A stretch of DNA of 64,000 nt from the human T2T-CHM13v2.0 reference genome, Homo sapiens: the NCBI RefSeq assembly GCF_009914755.1, contig NC_060933.1. One strand, written 5' to 3'. The notes under the pieces were generated by a model. It did not search any database. It worked only from the letters and a program-made list of their open reading frames with translations, and was not told where the DNA came from. The stretch's first letter is position 1; each line of letters begins with the position of its first letter. This document shows, one piece after another, positions 39,778 to 53,479 of this stretch. Both the position numbers and the translations under genes were made by a program.

Positions 39778-42468
39778 CTGGCTTCAGAAATCGTTTTCAG
39801 AGCAAAATCTAATATGAGATTTTGGAGCTGGCAGTGAGAACCCCACTGTTGGTGGTCGGTGGGACACTCATAGCCTGTGGCATGCTGAAGCAGTGAAATT
39901 GTTCAAACTTTCACCATGGCCAGCTGGAATGGAAGATGGGTAGGGCACTATCACAGGCATTTGAGAGGTTTGAGTGAAGCAATGATCATAAGGAACTTGG
40001 AATCAGATGGCTGTTGCTGGGTACAATCAATGTGCTGGGGAAAGATGAAGAAAGGCTGAGAATGATTAATCACCAATTTCAGAGGAGTGTGAAAATCGAA
40101 GACACTTCTTAGTAGCATATAAGGAAACTCACATCTCATGTAGATGAAGGGCAGAAAAAGCTGAGGACCCCAGGAGTTATTTAAAAGGGGAGCAGAGCTC
40201 CAGAGAAGGGTAAATTTCCAACCCTGACAAATCTGCTATGCTGAAATCAGGGCTCTAATTGGAGAACAGGGCCTGAGACTTGGAATGGAGACACCAGGTC
40301 AATTTACCTGAAGACCCTGCTCTCCAGATTCTCCTGAACCCCCAGGCCTGCAGTACTGACCCACTCCTCCCTAACACAGGCTAGGGTGTCACCTTGCTTA
40401 AAGATGATCCAAAGATGCTATCATACGTGCCCACCCCAGGCACGTGTATCCCCCCATCTCTTCCTGACCACCAGGCCAAAAACTAGAGTCAAATCACAAC
40501 CCAGCCAGACATGGAAGCCCAGACAAGGTAACACACACCAGAGCTGTGCGACCCAGACAGCATGTCCCACAGGAGCCAAGAGGTGATATGTGGGACTGAA
40601 TTGTGAGAGTGGTGGCTCATGAGGGAATGGAGCATCAGGTTGATTAAGGATGGGTTGATCATGATAAGAGGACCCTCCCATGATACAGAATATAATGCCC
40701 TAGTAAGTATCCTGAGACAAGGAGTTAACACAATGGCTCTTACAAGCCTGGCCTACGCTAAGTGAAGTAGAAATGCCAGAACTGTCATCAAGACAGTGGA
40801 GGGAGAAATCACAAAGCTCATGGAAGTAAGCTCACTAGAGAGGAAATTTAACCAAGGCCAGGAGACCATGCGGGGACAGGCAGGGGTGGGGTGGGGTGGG
40901 GTGGAGCAGAGGGTACTGGAGGAAAGGCACAGGGTCATGGAGATATTCAGTGCTGGCTCTTCTCTGCAGACCGGGGATGATGGCAGAAAACTCTGTTACA
41001 GAACTGGTCTACCTGATAGCAATCGGCATGATAGAATCCCAAATACTAAAAGGCCAGACAGCAGCACTTCACTGTCAAAAGCAAGGTGGGTGCAACTGTC
41101 ATAATTAGCGGCAAGGTCAGAATAGCAGTCAGGGGCCTGGTCCACAGAGATCTAGGAAGACGTTTAACAGAATGGTGTTCCTCAGGGAAAGATAGATGGG
41201 CAGCCAACAAAGGTATTCCTTCATTTATGGAGCCAAAAACTGAAAAATCAAAAATGAATGATCAGGAGGCTGAAAGCAGCTGCCCCACTAAAAAAAAAAA
41301 AAAAAAAATTATGATCCCTTGCCCAGTTTATGGACCTGAGACATTTTGCAGACCTGAAAGCCTCCGTCTGAAGGAAGGCCTAGGTTCCCATGAGGAAAGA
41401 CCCTGTAACATCATCACAACAAATATATATAATAATGACTCCCTCTGTCTTTCTCCAGAGGGACATCCCAAATTTATACAAGTAACCATAAACTGGGGAA
41501 AGAGAAATACCCAGACATTTTGAGGATTGTTAAATACACAGTCTGAGTTGATACTGTACCCAGGGACACAAACATGGCCACCTTGTTAGAATAGAATTAT
41601 ACTAGGGATAGCTAAGAAAAGGCATCCCGGCCCAGGTCCAGATCATAATGAGTCTACTAGGTCCACAGACCCACCCAGTGGTATGTCCCTCTTGTCAAAT
41701 ATGTGATTGGAAAGGCCATGTCTGGGCGTCGGCAGGATCCCCACACTGGTTCTCTTGTCTATAGAGTAAGAGCCATCAGAGTTGAGCAAGGCCGAGCAGA
41801 AGCTTCTGAAACTGTTTCTCCCACTTTCCTAGCCAAAATATTATGTCAAAAACAGTACGGCATCCTGCTGGGGGTGGGAAGAGAACGGCACAAAGACCTA
41901 AGAATAAACGGCTAGTGATCCCCATTGTATTCCCATTTAATCCACCAGCCTAGCCTCTTCAAAAACCAGATGGATCCTGGTGGATGACAGTGGACCACTG
42001 CAAAGTCATCCAAGTAGCACCTCAATTACACTGCTCTCCCAGAGCACTAGCTTTGCTAGATCAGATTAACGCAGACTCAGGTACACGATATGTGGCCACC
42101 AAGTTGGCAAATCCATTATTTTCTATTCAATGGGGAAGAAAAATCAGAAGCTGTTTGCATTTACATAGAACTAATGGCAGGATACATTTATGGTTTTTGT
42201 TCAGTGCTATGTTAATCCTCCCACTCTCAGTAACAGTCTGAAGGGCCTCTGGACATTGTGCAGGACACCATATTGGTCTTTTATCTCAAAAGACCAATCT
42301 CGTTCACTGGGTCAGCTGAGCAAGAGAGGCAAGTATGCTGGACACCGAGTCAGATACATGTACCCAGAGGGAACTAGACAAACCCTCCAAAGATTCAGGT
42401 GCCTACCACATCAGGGAAGTATTTAGGGATCCAGAAGTCTGAGATATTCTCGCCAAAGGAAAGAACTA

Positions 42469-42958
<490 letters not shown>

Positions 42959-44061
42959 AGAACTAACTATTGCATCTTGCGCCTCCCAACACTAAGAAGA
43001 CCTCTTCAGGTTCCCAAAGCAGCATATTTCATACTTGGGAATACTGTTCTGACCCATTTACTGATTGACACAGAAAGCTGCCAGCTTTGTGTAGATCCCA
43101 GGGCAGAAAAGGTCTTTGCATTAGGTCCAGGCTGCAGCACAAGCAACCCTAACAATTCAGCCATATGACCCAGCAGACCCTATAGTACTAGAGGAATCTG
43201 GTGGGAAAAAAACACCATGTGGAGTTTGTGTCAAGCCTGAATAGGACAATCACAACACAGACCCTAGGGTTCTGGAGCAAGGCCATGCCATCTGCAGCAG
43301 AGAACTAGATGCTGCTTGAAAGGCAGCACTTAATGTGCTTCTGAGCCCTGGAGGAGATGAAGTGTGGACTCCCACTCACCAGGGCAGATCTAACTTCTCA
43401 CATTGCTGAACGTCCAACCTGCCAGCAACAAAGACCAGAGCTGAGTTCCCATATGACACCAACCCTCGAGGGATGCGACCAGCCACTTGGAGACAAGTTG
43501 ATTACATTTGAACATCTTCAACCCCAGAAAGGAAGTGCTTTATCTTGACTGTAATCTACACCTATTCTGGTATGGTTTACCTGTCCTGCCCAAAGAGCCT
43601 TAGCCAGCACCACTGTCTGTCTGGGGTTTACAGAGTGTTTGATCCACTAACGCAGATCCTACATAACATCACCTCAAACCAAGGAAACTGCATAAGAGCA
43701 AAGGAAAGGTAGCAGTGGTCACATGACTATGGAGCCTCTCACAGACCGAATCACTCAGAAGCTACCAGCCTGATGGAGCAATGGAATGGCCTTCTGAAGG
43801 CTCAGGTGAGGGGGCCAGCCTGGAGATGATCCCCTGCAGGACAGGGTACCATGTTCCAGGAAGGAACCTAACGAACCCAAAGGAACAATCTAAATGAACG
43901 ATCATTACATGGTGCTGTGGCCCAACAGGTAGAATACATGGGTCTGGGAACCAAGGGCTAGAGGTCGGAATGGCTCCACTCAGGATCACTCCCAGTGACC
44001 CACTTGGAGAATTCATGCTTCTCATCCTTGCAGCTTTAGGTTATGGTAGGTCTAGAGACAT

Positions 44062-44366
44062 TGCCCCCAAAAGAACTTACTGTCATCATGGAACTATTTT
44101 ATGCCTGCACTGTCCAACGCACAAATTGCCTGTGGGTACTAAGCACTTGAAATGTGGTTAGTATGAGTGGATAACTGAATTTTTATTTGTTTTTTCATAG
44201 ATGGGGTCTTGCTATGCTGCCTGGACTGGTCAGACCTCAAGTGATCCTCTGGCCTCAGCCTCCCAAGCAGCTGGGATTACAGGCATGAGCCACTGTGTCT
44301 GGCTTATTTTATTTAAATTTAAGTAGTTACTCATGGCTGGTAGCTACTATATTGGACAGCACAGGT
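44062..44366 (+). mobile_element. MER3 with nested antisense Alu monomer (~44185-44303)
   Basis: gcactgtccaa...aagcacttgaaatgtgg...gtagctactatattggacagcacag; FLAM-like insert. Confidence 0.75.
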
Positions 44367-44984
44367 CTAGAGGGCCTGAGCAACAGAGAGGGAAGGCTTT
44401 CCGTGTGAGACAATGGTAAAAGTACCATTAATCTTTCAGCTACAGAGACCACCTGGTTACTTCAGGCCCCTTGTGCCAAGAACCCAGCAGACCAGAAGAG
44501 GAGCCACTGCCCTGGTAGGGGTAACTGATCCTGGTCATCAAGAGGGGCAGGGCTGCTCTTAGGTGATGGGGGCCTGGAAGAGTGCGTTTGGTGCCCAGGT
44601 GATCCACTGGGATAGTGCTCCGTGGTCCTTTGCCCAATTTTGACAAGTAAATAGACAGTGCAGCAGTCATGGTCTGACAAGAACACAAGAACACAGGACC
44701 AGGGGCTCAGGGTCCTCAGGAATGAGGGTCTGGCTCAGCCCACCCAGTAAGCCATTTAAATCAGCAGAGATGCTGGGGAATATAGAACAGAGAGCAAAGG
44801 AGAGATGATGGGTCTCAGCTGTTTCCCAAAGCCCACTGTAGCAGTGGGGGTTGTAGTTTGTCCCTCTAACTTCCTCTTGTAAGCTTCCTAGGAAAACAAA
44901 CCATAGAATTCTAGGGAAGACATGCCAGAGGGGTGAACTTACTAAACAGAGAAAGTGAATGCCAGCAGCAGGAGCACTGGGTGG

Positions 44985-45415
44985 GGTGGGGCTGCCATCC
45001 ACTGTCCAGGTCCTCCCTTCCCCTTCAGGAGCTGGGCACCGCTCCCCCAGCTGCAGGGAGTGCTGGCTGCTGACCAGAAGCCACCCTCGGCCAAGTGAGC
45101 TGCGTTACCCACATTTATGTCCCCTCCCCAGGGGCAGCCCACATCCAGCAACTATTTGACATAGGGCTAGGAAGACCCAACACCCTTGCCTTGATTTGGG
45201 ACAAATCTGAAGGGCTCTCCCACCTTCAGGGCTCCCTGCGGCATCAGCTGAGGCCTCTGCTGCAACTGTGTGCTGTGTGGCAGTTCAATCTCTCTGTGCC
45301 CAATCCTGCTTCCCTCTCTCCCTTACAGGTACTGTTGTGGAGAATAGCCCTGCAACATAAAGCTCCTGCACGCACATCTGTTTGGAGCCAGTTTCCCGAG
45401 AAATCTGACCTGTGT
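44985..45415 (+). mobile_element. LTR16-family 3' LTR
   Basis: cccagctgcagggagtgctggctgctgac...cccttgccttgattt...atcctgcttccc...cagtttcccgagaaatctgacct. Confidence 0.75.
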
Positions 45416-45447
45416 TGTAAATATCTGCCTTGGTTATTGTTTATAGA

Positions 45448-45888
45448 TATAGTGGATACTGTGGGGCTCCACCTCAATCCCTTTTGCTGGGCTGATATGC
45501 CTGTCCTCCCAGCTGCTAGGAATATCAGCTGCTGACAGTGAACAACTGAGTCCTTTACTGGAACTTGCCCTCAGTGTCAGGGAGCTGCCTCATCCCACGG
45601 GGCAGCCCAGGGCCAGTGACTGGCCGATGCAGGAAAACAAAGGCCCAGTCCCACTGCCTCAATTTGGGACCGCCCTGAAGGGCCATTACAGCTCCAGGGC
45701 TCTCCCTGGGATCAGCAACAGCCTCAGTTGAAACCACAGTGGTGGTCCATCTCTGCCTCTGCCCCCTCCCTCCTACCGTCCGTCCTCTTTTGGCCACAGT
45801 CGACTTTCCCATACACTCCCCAATAAAACTTTTGCAGGTAATTCTCCATCTCAGAGTCTTTTTCCTGGGATCCCAACTTAACATAACA
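45448..45888 (+). mobile_element. Second LTR16-family LTR
   Basis: tagtggatactgtgg...cccagctgctaggaatatcagctgctgacag...ccccaataaaac...tccatctcagagtc. Confidence 0.75.
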
Positions 45889-45899
45889 GTGGCTTTGAT

Positions 45900-46512
45900 T
45901 TTCAGACATTTTTAAATTCTGTATTCAAATTTACCAGTCTTTGTTTTTGTGGCTGCTGCCCCTTGGTATCATGCTTAGGCAAGCCCGGCAGCGTCCAGTG
46001 GTTATATCAGTAGCCACTTCTACCATTTTATGGGTTTTTTTCACACTGAAATGTTAAAGCTAGAAATGATTTTGCTGTAAAGATTGGAGGTTGGGGAGTA
46101 GAAAGCTAACATTTTAACTTTCTTAATTCCTTTTTTATTGTGGCAAAATACACATAACATAAAATTGACCATTTTAGCCATTTTGAAATGTACAGTTCAG
46201 CAGCTTTAAGTAAATTTACATTGTTGTACAACCACCACCACCATCCATCTCTACAACTTTTTCATCACCCCCAACTAAGGCTCTATACCCATTAAACACT
46301 GACTCCCAATTCTCCCTCCTTCTCTGCAGCCCCTAACAACCACCATTCTATTTTCTAAGAATTGGTCTTCTCCAGGAACTGCACATAATTGGAATCATAG
46401 AATATTTGTCTTTTTCTGTCTTCTGTATTACACTTAGCAGTATGTCCTCAAGCCTCATCCATGTTGTAGCATATGTCTGAATTTCCTTCCTCTTTCAGGA
46501 TAAATTATATTC

Positions 46513-46552
<40 letters not shown>

Positions 46553-47290
46553 ACTAAATTTTGTTTATCCTTTCATCTGTCAATGAACACTTAGGTTGAG
46601 TCCCCTTTCAGCTATTGTGAATAATGCTGCTATGAACATTGGTGTACAGATATCTGTTTGAGTCCCTGCTTTGAATTATTTTGAGTGTCCTTCCAGAAGT
46701 GGAATTACTGGATTCAATGGTAATTCTATGTTTAATTTTTTGAGGAACTGCCATATTGTTTTCCATGGTGGCTGTACCATTTTACCACCAGCAATGCAGA
46801 AAGGTCCATTTTCTTCACATCCTCACCAATACTTGTCATTTTGTTTGCTTCTGTGGTGTTTTTTTGTTTTTTAATAAAAGCCATCCTAATGGGTGTAAAG
46901 CGGTGACTCGTGGTTTTGATTTGCATTTCCCTAAAGGTTGGTGACCTTGACCATTTTTGCATGGGCTTAATGGCCATTCGTTTATCTTCTTTGGAGAAAT
47001 GTCTATGTAAGTCCTTTGGTCATTTTAATTAGGTTGTTCTGACATTTAAACTTTTTAAATGTAACCAGTCATCCTCAATACCTTTTGTTGATAAATTCAG
47101 TTCTTCTCAATCATTTCACATTCTAATTTATTATATATTAAATTATTGTATTTATTCAGGCACGCTTCTAGAGTTTCTATTCTGTTCCACTGACTGGCTA
47201 TCTCTTTTTGGTTTTAGAGCACAATGTTTTAATTAACATAGCTTTATAAGTCATCCTATTAGCTGTTGTTTTGTTTTGCTTTATGTTGCT
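45900..47290 (-). mobile_element. L1MB (~46125-47035, containing (TG)n ~46518-46550) nested in older L1ME
   Basis: ttttattgtggcaaaatacacataacataaaattgaccatt...gctattgtgaataatgctgctatgaacat...tttggagaaatgtctat. Confidence 0.85.
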
Positions 47291-47354
47291 TCAAATCATT
47301 TTAGGAAAATGGCAGAACATTAATACCATAAGTCTTAAGACCTAGGATGTTATT

Positions 47355-49665
47355 GATTCATCACTCCACAAATACATGTGGAGGACTATTGCTGGGATTG
47401 AGGATGCAGAACAGACTAGGGGCAGGGGCTGGGGGCTGGCACAGTCAATGGGGCATGTACATGCAGGAAACCAGAAGCACACATCATGAGGAATCTAGTC
47501 CAAGGAGTCAGGAAAGGCCTCCTTGAGAAGGTAATGTTTGAGCTCGAATCTTAACAAGGTAGAACCAAGAGAACGCAACCAGGAGAACGAAGCAAGCGAC
47601 CAGGGCGGGGGTGGGAGGATGCAGCCAGGCAAAGGGCAGAATGCCAGCAAGCCACGTGTGCAGTCTCCAGCTGAGATGGGACTAGGGGAGGATGAGGGCC
47701 AGGCAGAAGGGCCAGCCGAAGGACTGTGGACTTTCTGCTAGGAAGAGTAGGCCATGGAAAGCTTTTAAAAAATAAACAGGTTTATTGAGATATAATTCAC
47801 ATATACAAATTACCCCTTCAAAGTGTACAATTCAATGCTTTCCAGTATATTCACACATATGCACAATCACCACAGTCAATTATAGAACATTTTCGTCACC
47901 TCAAAAAAAAAAAACCCAAATACTATGTAACATCCATTATAATGGCCACTACCAAAAAAGTCCAGAAAATAACAAGTGTTGATGAGGACATAGAGAAATT
48001 GGAACCCTTGGGCACTGTTGGTGGGAATGTAAAATGATACAGATGCTATGGAAAACAATATGGCGGTTCCCCCCTAAAAATTATCATATGGTCCAGCAAT
48101 TCTACCTCTACGTATATACCCGCAAGAATGGAAAGCAAGATTCCAAACAGAAATTTGTGTGTTCATGTTCATAGCAGCATTATTCAGAATAGCTGAAATG
48201 TGGAAGCAGCTCACATGCCTGTCAACAGATGAGTGAATAGCAAAATGGAGTGTATACATACAAGAGAATATTATTCAGCTTAAAAAGGAAAGAAATTCTG
48301 ACATATGCTACAACATGGATGAAACTGGAGGACACTGTATTAAATGAAAGAAGTCAGTCACAAAAAGACAAATAGTGTATGATTCTACTCATCTGAGGTA
48401 CCTGGAGTAGTCAATATTGTAGAGACAGAAAGTAGAATGGTGGTTGCCAAGACTAGAGGGTGGGAAGAATGGTGAGTTATGGTTTAATGGATACAGAGTT
48501 CAGTTTTACAATATGGAAAGAGTTATGGACATGGGTGGTGGTGATGACTGTACAACATTATGAATGTATTTAATACCACTGAACTGTACATACACTTAAA
48601 ATGGCTAAGAAGGTAAGTTTGATGTTATGTGTATTTTACCATGATTAAAAAAATGGAAAATGCAACCTAAATATACCCAGACCTATTTTTTAAAAGACAC
48701 CAATAAACAGACATCATCTTGCTTTCATTAAAAAGACAAACAGGAAAATAATCCCATACCTTTAGCAACCACTGCCACCCCCCCGCCCCACTTCCCGCTC
48801 TCTGCCAATCTCTAAGCAACTACTAATCTACTTTCTGTCTATGTATTTGCCTATTCTGGACATTTCACACGAATGGAATCCCACAGGATCTTATGTGACT
48901 GGCTTCCTCTTTCACTTAATGTTTTTAAGGCCCATCCATGTCGTAGCATGCATCAGTACTCCATTCCTTTTTATGGGCAAGCAGTTATCTATTTTATAGA
49001 TCTACCACATTTTGTTTGTCCATTCGTCAGTTGATGGACATTTAGATTCTTTCCACCTTATTGGCTATTCTAAATAATGCTGCTATGAACATGAATGTAC
49101 AAGTGTTTAGGTAGACATATGCTTTCATTTCTCTTGGATACATACCTAGGAGTGGAACTGCTGGGTCATATGGTGACTCTATGTTTAATCATTTAAGCGA
49201 CTGCCAGACTGTTTTCCAAAGACCATTTACATTCCCACATGGAATGAACAACGGTTCCAGTCTCTCTACATCCTCACCAGCACTTGTTATTATCTGACTT
49301 TGGATTTTAGCCATCCTGGTGGGTGTGAAGTGACATGTCATGTGGTTTTGATCTGCATTTGCCTGATCAAGGAAGGCTTTTAAATGGGGGCCCAATACAA
49401 TCAGACTTTTGAACAGTTCACTCTGGATAAAGAATTTGAGGACAGCAAGAAGTCCATGAGGTTGTGGTTAAGAGGCCACCGCTGTTGTCTCGAGATGATG
49501 GTAGCTTGGACTATGATCAAAGAGATGGTAAAAAGCAGAGAGTTGGAGAACTAGCAGATAAAACCTACAAGGTCTGGAGATCACTGGGTGGGGGCATGAA
49601 GGAGGTATCAAAGGTTTCTTGTTTGTAGAACTGGGTGGATGATGGTGCTCTCACCAAGAGAACCC
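47355..49665 (-). mobile_element. L2 split by antisense L1MB (47765-49370), itself split by sense L1MA (~47918-48655)
   Basis: L2 gagtcaggaaaggcct...; L1MB ttattgagatataattcacata...; L1MA ggaacccttgggcactgttggtgggaatgtaaaatg...ttttaccatg. Confidence 0.8.
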
Positions 49666-49674
49666 AGAAATATA

Positions 49675-50030
49675 ATTTTTAATTGTGATGAAAAAATACA
49701 TAATATAAAATTTACCATCTTAACCTTTTTAAAATGCACAGTTCAGTAGTGTTATGCACATTCGCAATGTTGTGCAACCAATTTCCAGAACTTTTTGTCT
49801 TTGCAAAACTGAAACTTTACACCCTTAAAAAAACAACTCCCTATTTCCCCTCTCCCCCAGCCCTGGCGACCACCATTCCACTTCCCGTCTCTGTGAATGT
49901 GACTACTCAGGAAATCTCATATAAGTGAAGTCAGACAGTATTTGTCTTTTTGTAACTGGCTCATTTCACTTAGCATGATATCCTCAAGGTTCATCCATGT
50001 TGTAGCATGTGTCACAACTTCCCTTTTAAG
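49675..50030 (-). mobile_element. L1MB 3' end
   Basis: aaaatttaccatcttaacc...aactgaaactttacacc...tcaaggttcatccatgttgtagcatgtgtca. Confidence 0.85.
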
Positions 50031-50054
50031 TGAGAACACAGAAATATTTTTTAC

Positions 50055-50855
50055 TGACCAGCAAAAAGCATAGGTTTATTCAAACCACTTTCTTCTTCAA
50101 TACTACACTCAAAGTTTGAATCTAAGCCTTCTTCAGATGCAGATTCTCAGGGTTCGTCTGAGTCGGTGCCTGTCTTGGCCAGATGGGCACAGCATTCTGC
50201 TGAAGCCCTGCTGTTTGTGACCCAGACTGCAAGACCTTGAACCCCTCAGCATCTTTCAAATGAACAGAACAATTCTCAGGCAAACCCAAGGATAAAGGAG
50301 ATAAGGGCCTTTCATCTGAATTTCCTATTTGGTTATTTGCTGTTTCACTTTTCTTTAATTAAATTATCTGCTGATGGGAACTAGACAGTTTATCTTTAAA
50401 GTCTGTCCAAAGCTTTTAATAATTTCGGGCACTTGATATTCCTTCATGACACAAAAGTTGGTCACGGCCACCTCCCTTAACTCTGAAAATTTTATGATCT
50501 ATTCTGGGAGATTTGGCAATTTCAACTGCCTTTAATCATCTTGGCTGGCACATGACAGCAATCTTCTACATTCACAATAATTGTATTACTTCATTATAGT
50601 GTCATCTTCTAAAACACATAATAAGCAATCATTTAGGAATCCAAATGTAAGTTAAAATTCAAGTGACTGTAAAGTCTCCAATGAAATAAGTGACCATAGC
50701 AACTGAGGTGGGAAATAGATGAAACCCCATGTACACGGAGATGGTGACAATGTCCACAAGAACTTATTCCTTTGTCCTCTGGCAAGGTACATCCTGGTTT
50801 CAGAAACATTAAAATATCCAGGGAAGATGTGCATCTTAGAATCAAGAAGACCCGG
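50055..50855 (-). mobile_element. TcMar-Tc2 (Kanga/MER104-like) DNA transposon with degenerate pogo-type transposase
   Basis: MER104-like terminus (ccgggtcttcttgattctaagatgcacat on minus); minus frame 50535-50302 LKAVEIAKSPRIDHKIFRVKGG...QIGNSDERPL with two stops. Confidence 0.75.
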
Positions 50856-52949
50856 TGCATATAGAGAGGCAAAAGGAATATAAGGTTTATGTACAGCCAC
50901 AGAAAGTGCCAGCTGGCACCAAGAAAATAAAATAGCCAAATAGATAATCGCCTCGTGCAGCACTTTTTATACCAAGAATCATAGTGCATGGTGGGGAAAA
51001 TGCTACATGTGCAGAGGACAACTAATGAGGACTGAGATGAAGATCTTGAGTCATCAATAAAAGATTGAATTAAAATCACCATATCTTAGAAGGTGGAATG
51101 TGAACAGGACTTATCTCTGCAAGGAGTAGATGAAGGGAGAAAATTATTATACTTTATAAGTATTTTCTTGGTTTTTCTTCTACCATGAATATGTACGAGA
51201 AAACGTTTTCTAAGTTGAAAAAAAAAAACGGAATAAAAAGATTTTAGAAAGATACACAGGATGGCCAATATCTAAAAGAAAACACTTTTGGTGTTTAAAT
51301 GTGAAAACTTTAGGTCCCTGAAAATAAGCACCCGAGTACAATTGATGCCCTAAAGATCCTGAATAAACGGGGCATAACGGAGCATGGAAAGCCTTGCATA
51401 ATTGCCACTATCACTGTGGTTTTCCTATAAAGCACTGTTCGACACACAAGCCCTTGTCTGACCTACGCTCACTGCTAACACTTCAGCTGCTGCCTCTGAA
51501 GGTCATGAGGAGCCCTGTTGAGGACGAGATAAATGATAATGGTTTTTTTTAAGGGCAAAGCCTCGTTTGAGGCCCATCAGTCACTGCAAATCCTGTCCAC
51601 ATACCCCACATCAATCCTCTAGGGAAGGAGAAATGGTTTATAAACTTTGCTTAACAGTTAGAGACTCCCTCCTCCAGCCTTGCACAGTTCAGGCTGTGTG
51701 GTCATTTCTGTCTCCATCATCATCTAGAGAGGGAACAGGGGGTTTTTATAAACTTCCCTTGGCAGTTCTCCACTCCACTGCCCAGGATGGTGCCTGGAAC
51801 ACAAAAGGAGTCTAAGATAGAGTAGTTAAATGACATGGAAATCCAAGCTTCCACAGGATTCCCATGTCCAGTTGCTTGTTCTTACAAGTGACTTCACTAA
51901 ATCCATCCACACAGCCCAGGAATCGCAGTGGTGTCATCAACATTACTCTGAACAAACAGATCCCACCCAATCACGAAAGCCAGGAATGCCACGTGAACAT
52001 CTGGGGGTGCCATAGGATCCTTCACCTTGTCCATTTTCACTTCAAAGTGCTGGCTCCTGGTCTAGGGGCCCTGAGTGCTGGGTGCCTGGGTGGGCAGTGA
52101 GGGTTGAGAGTGGGGGAAGAGGCAGAAATAGGTAAGAAAAAAATCCCCACCGCAGGACCTTTTGTGTTCCAGGCACTGCAGGAGTCCAGTGTAGCAGAGG
52201 GCAGGGCGGCACCTGGATCTCACACACCTACAGTACAGGACTCGGGTGTGATGGATGAAAGAGGTGAGATGCCCACACAGGAGAGTCCATGACAGATGAG
52301 ACAAGAAGAGAGGCTACAAGGTGGCGGCCCAGCATGGTGGGGCCAAACTGCCAGCCCCTAGCTGGGTCTCAGAGCTGAAGAGATGTCAGTACTCCTGCTA
52401 TGAACAGGGCTCAAGGAGGATAAGGGAGACCCTGAGACTGGAGGGTTCAAGGCCATGGAAGAGGCTGTGCATGTGAGCCATCCACAGGGGCATTGTGGAG
52501 GGGACAGTGTGGAAGCTTCATTTCTCTCTACACCCTCTTCTCTTTCTGCCTCCCTAGGCTTCAGTGGCAGGAGTCCCAAGGACTAGTTTGGAAGGAATCC
52601 CCAAATCTTAAAGTGAAAGTTCAGCTGGCCAGGCTCTCCCTTCTCACGAAGCTGGAAACTGAGGTTCACAGGAAGCATGTGTCTTCCCCAGGCCTCTTAG
52701 AGGGTCTAGGGAAGAGGATGGAACCTGGGAGCTCTGACTCAGAGGGAAGGGCCTTTTCTAGTTCCCACACCAGGTCAAACACATGGAGAGTGAACGCAGA
52801 TATGTTTTCACCTGCCATGAAGTGGGAACCAAGTGGTGACTTCCCAGCAAGCACGGCAGGATGGCAATGGTGCTTTGGTCAGTGGCCAAAGCAGGAGCCG
52901 CCATGGATGGAAGAGGCTTGAAGGAGGAGGAACCAGAGGAAGGCAGGCC

Positions 52950-53200
52950 AGGTGAACGGCTGTGGCAGGTGCCCTAACCACAGTGACAAGTCCTGGGCCA
53001 GTTCCATGAGCAGTGAGGCTATGAAGAAAGGCTAGGAGTGAACACCATGAGATCTGGAAACATGAAGGGAGTCAGCGGACACAGGGGAGGGCCAAGGAAA
53101 AGGAGTGGTTAGAGATGACGCCAAAGCCCTCAGCTTGTGTGATCAGCATGAGGACAGTTCTGGAAAACTAGGAGAACAAGCCACATTTGCAGCCTCAGAT
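52950..53200 (-). mobile_element. L2 fragment
   Basis: gagatctggaaa...ggaaaaggagtggttagagatgacgccaa...agcttg. Confidence 0.45.
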
Positions 53201-53479
53201 AATGGGCTCAGTTTTAGCTGTGTAGGGCTATGTGTCTATTCTGAAGGTGGGAGTGGGTGAGTGGAATCCAGGAAGGATGTGAAATTAACAGTAACAAGTG
53301 TGGACAGCTAATCTGCACTAGGGGCCTCCTCTTCATTTCCCTTGCCCCAGATTGAGAGTCTATGCACTTAAAGATCAGCACTGGATATCCGCCACCTTTT
53401 GCTTTGTATAAAGAGATATTGGTTGAACCAATGAAGTTCAGGGTGGTATGGAGGAAGGCAGGCAATACTCCACCAAATG

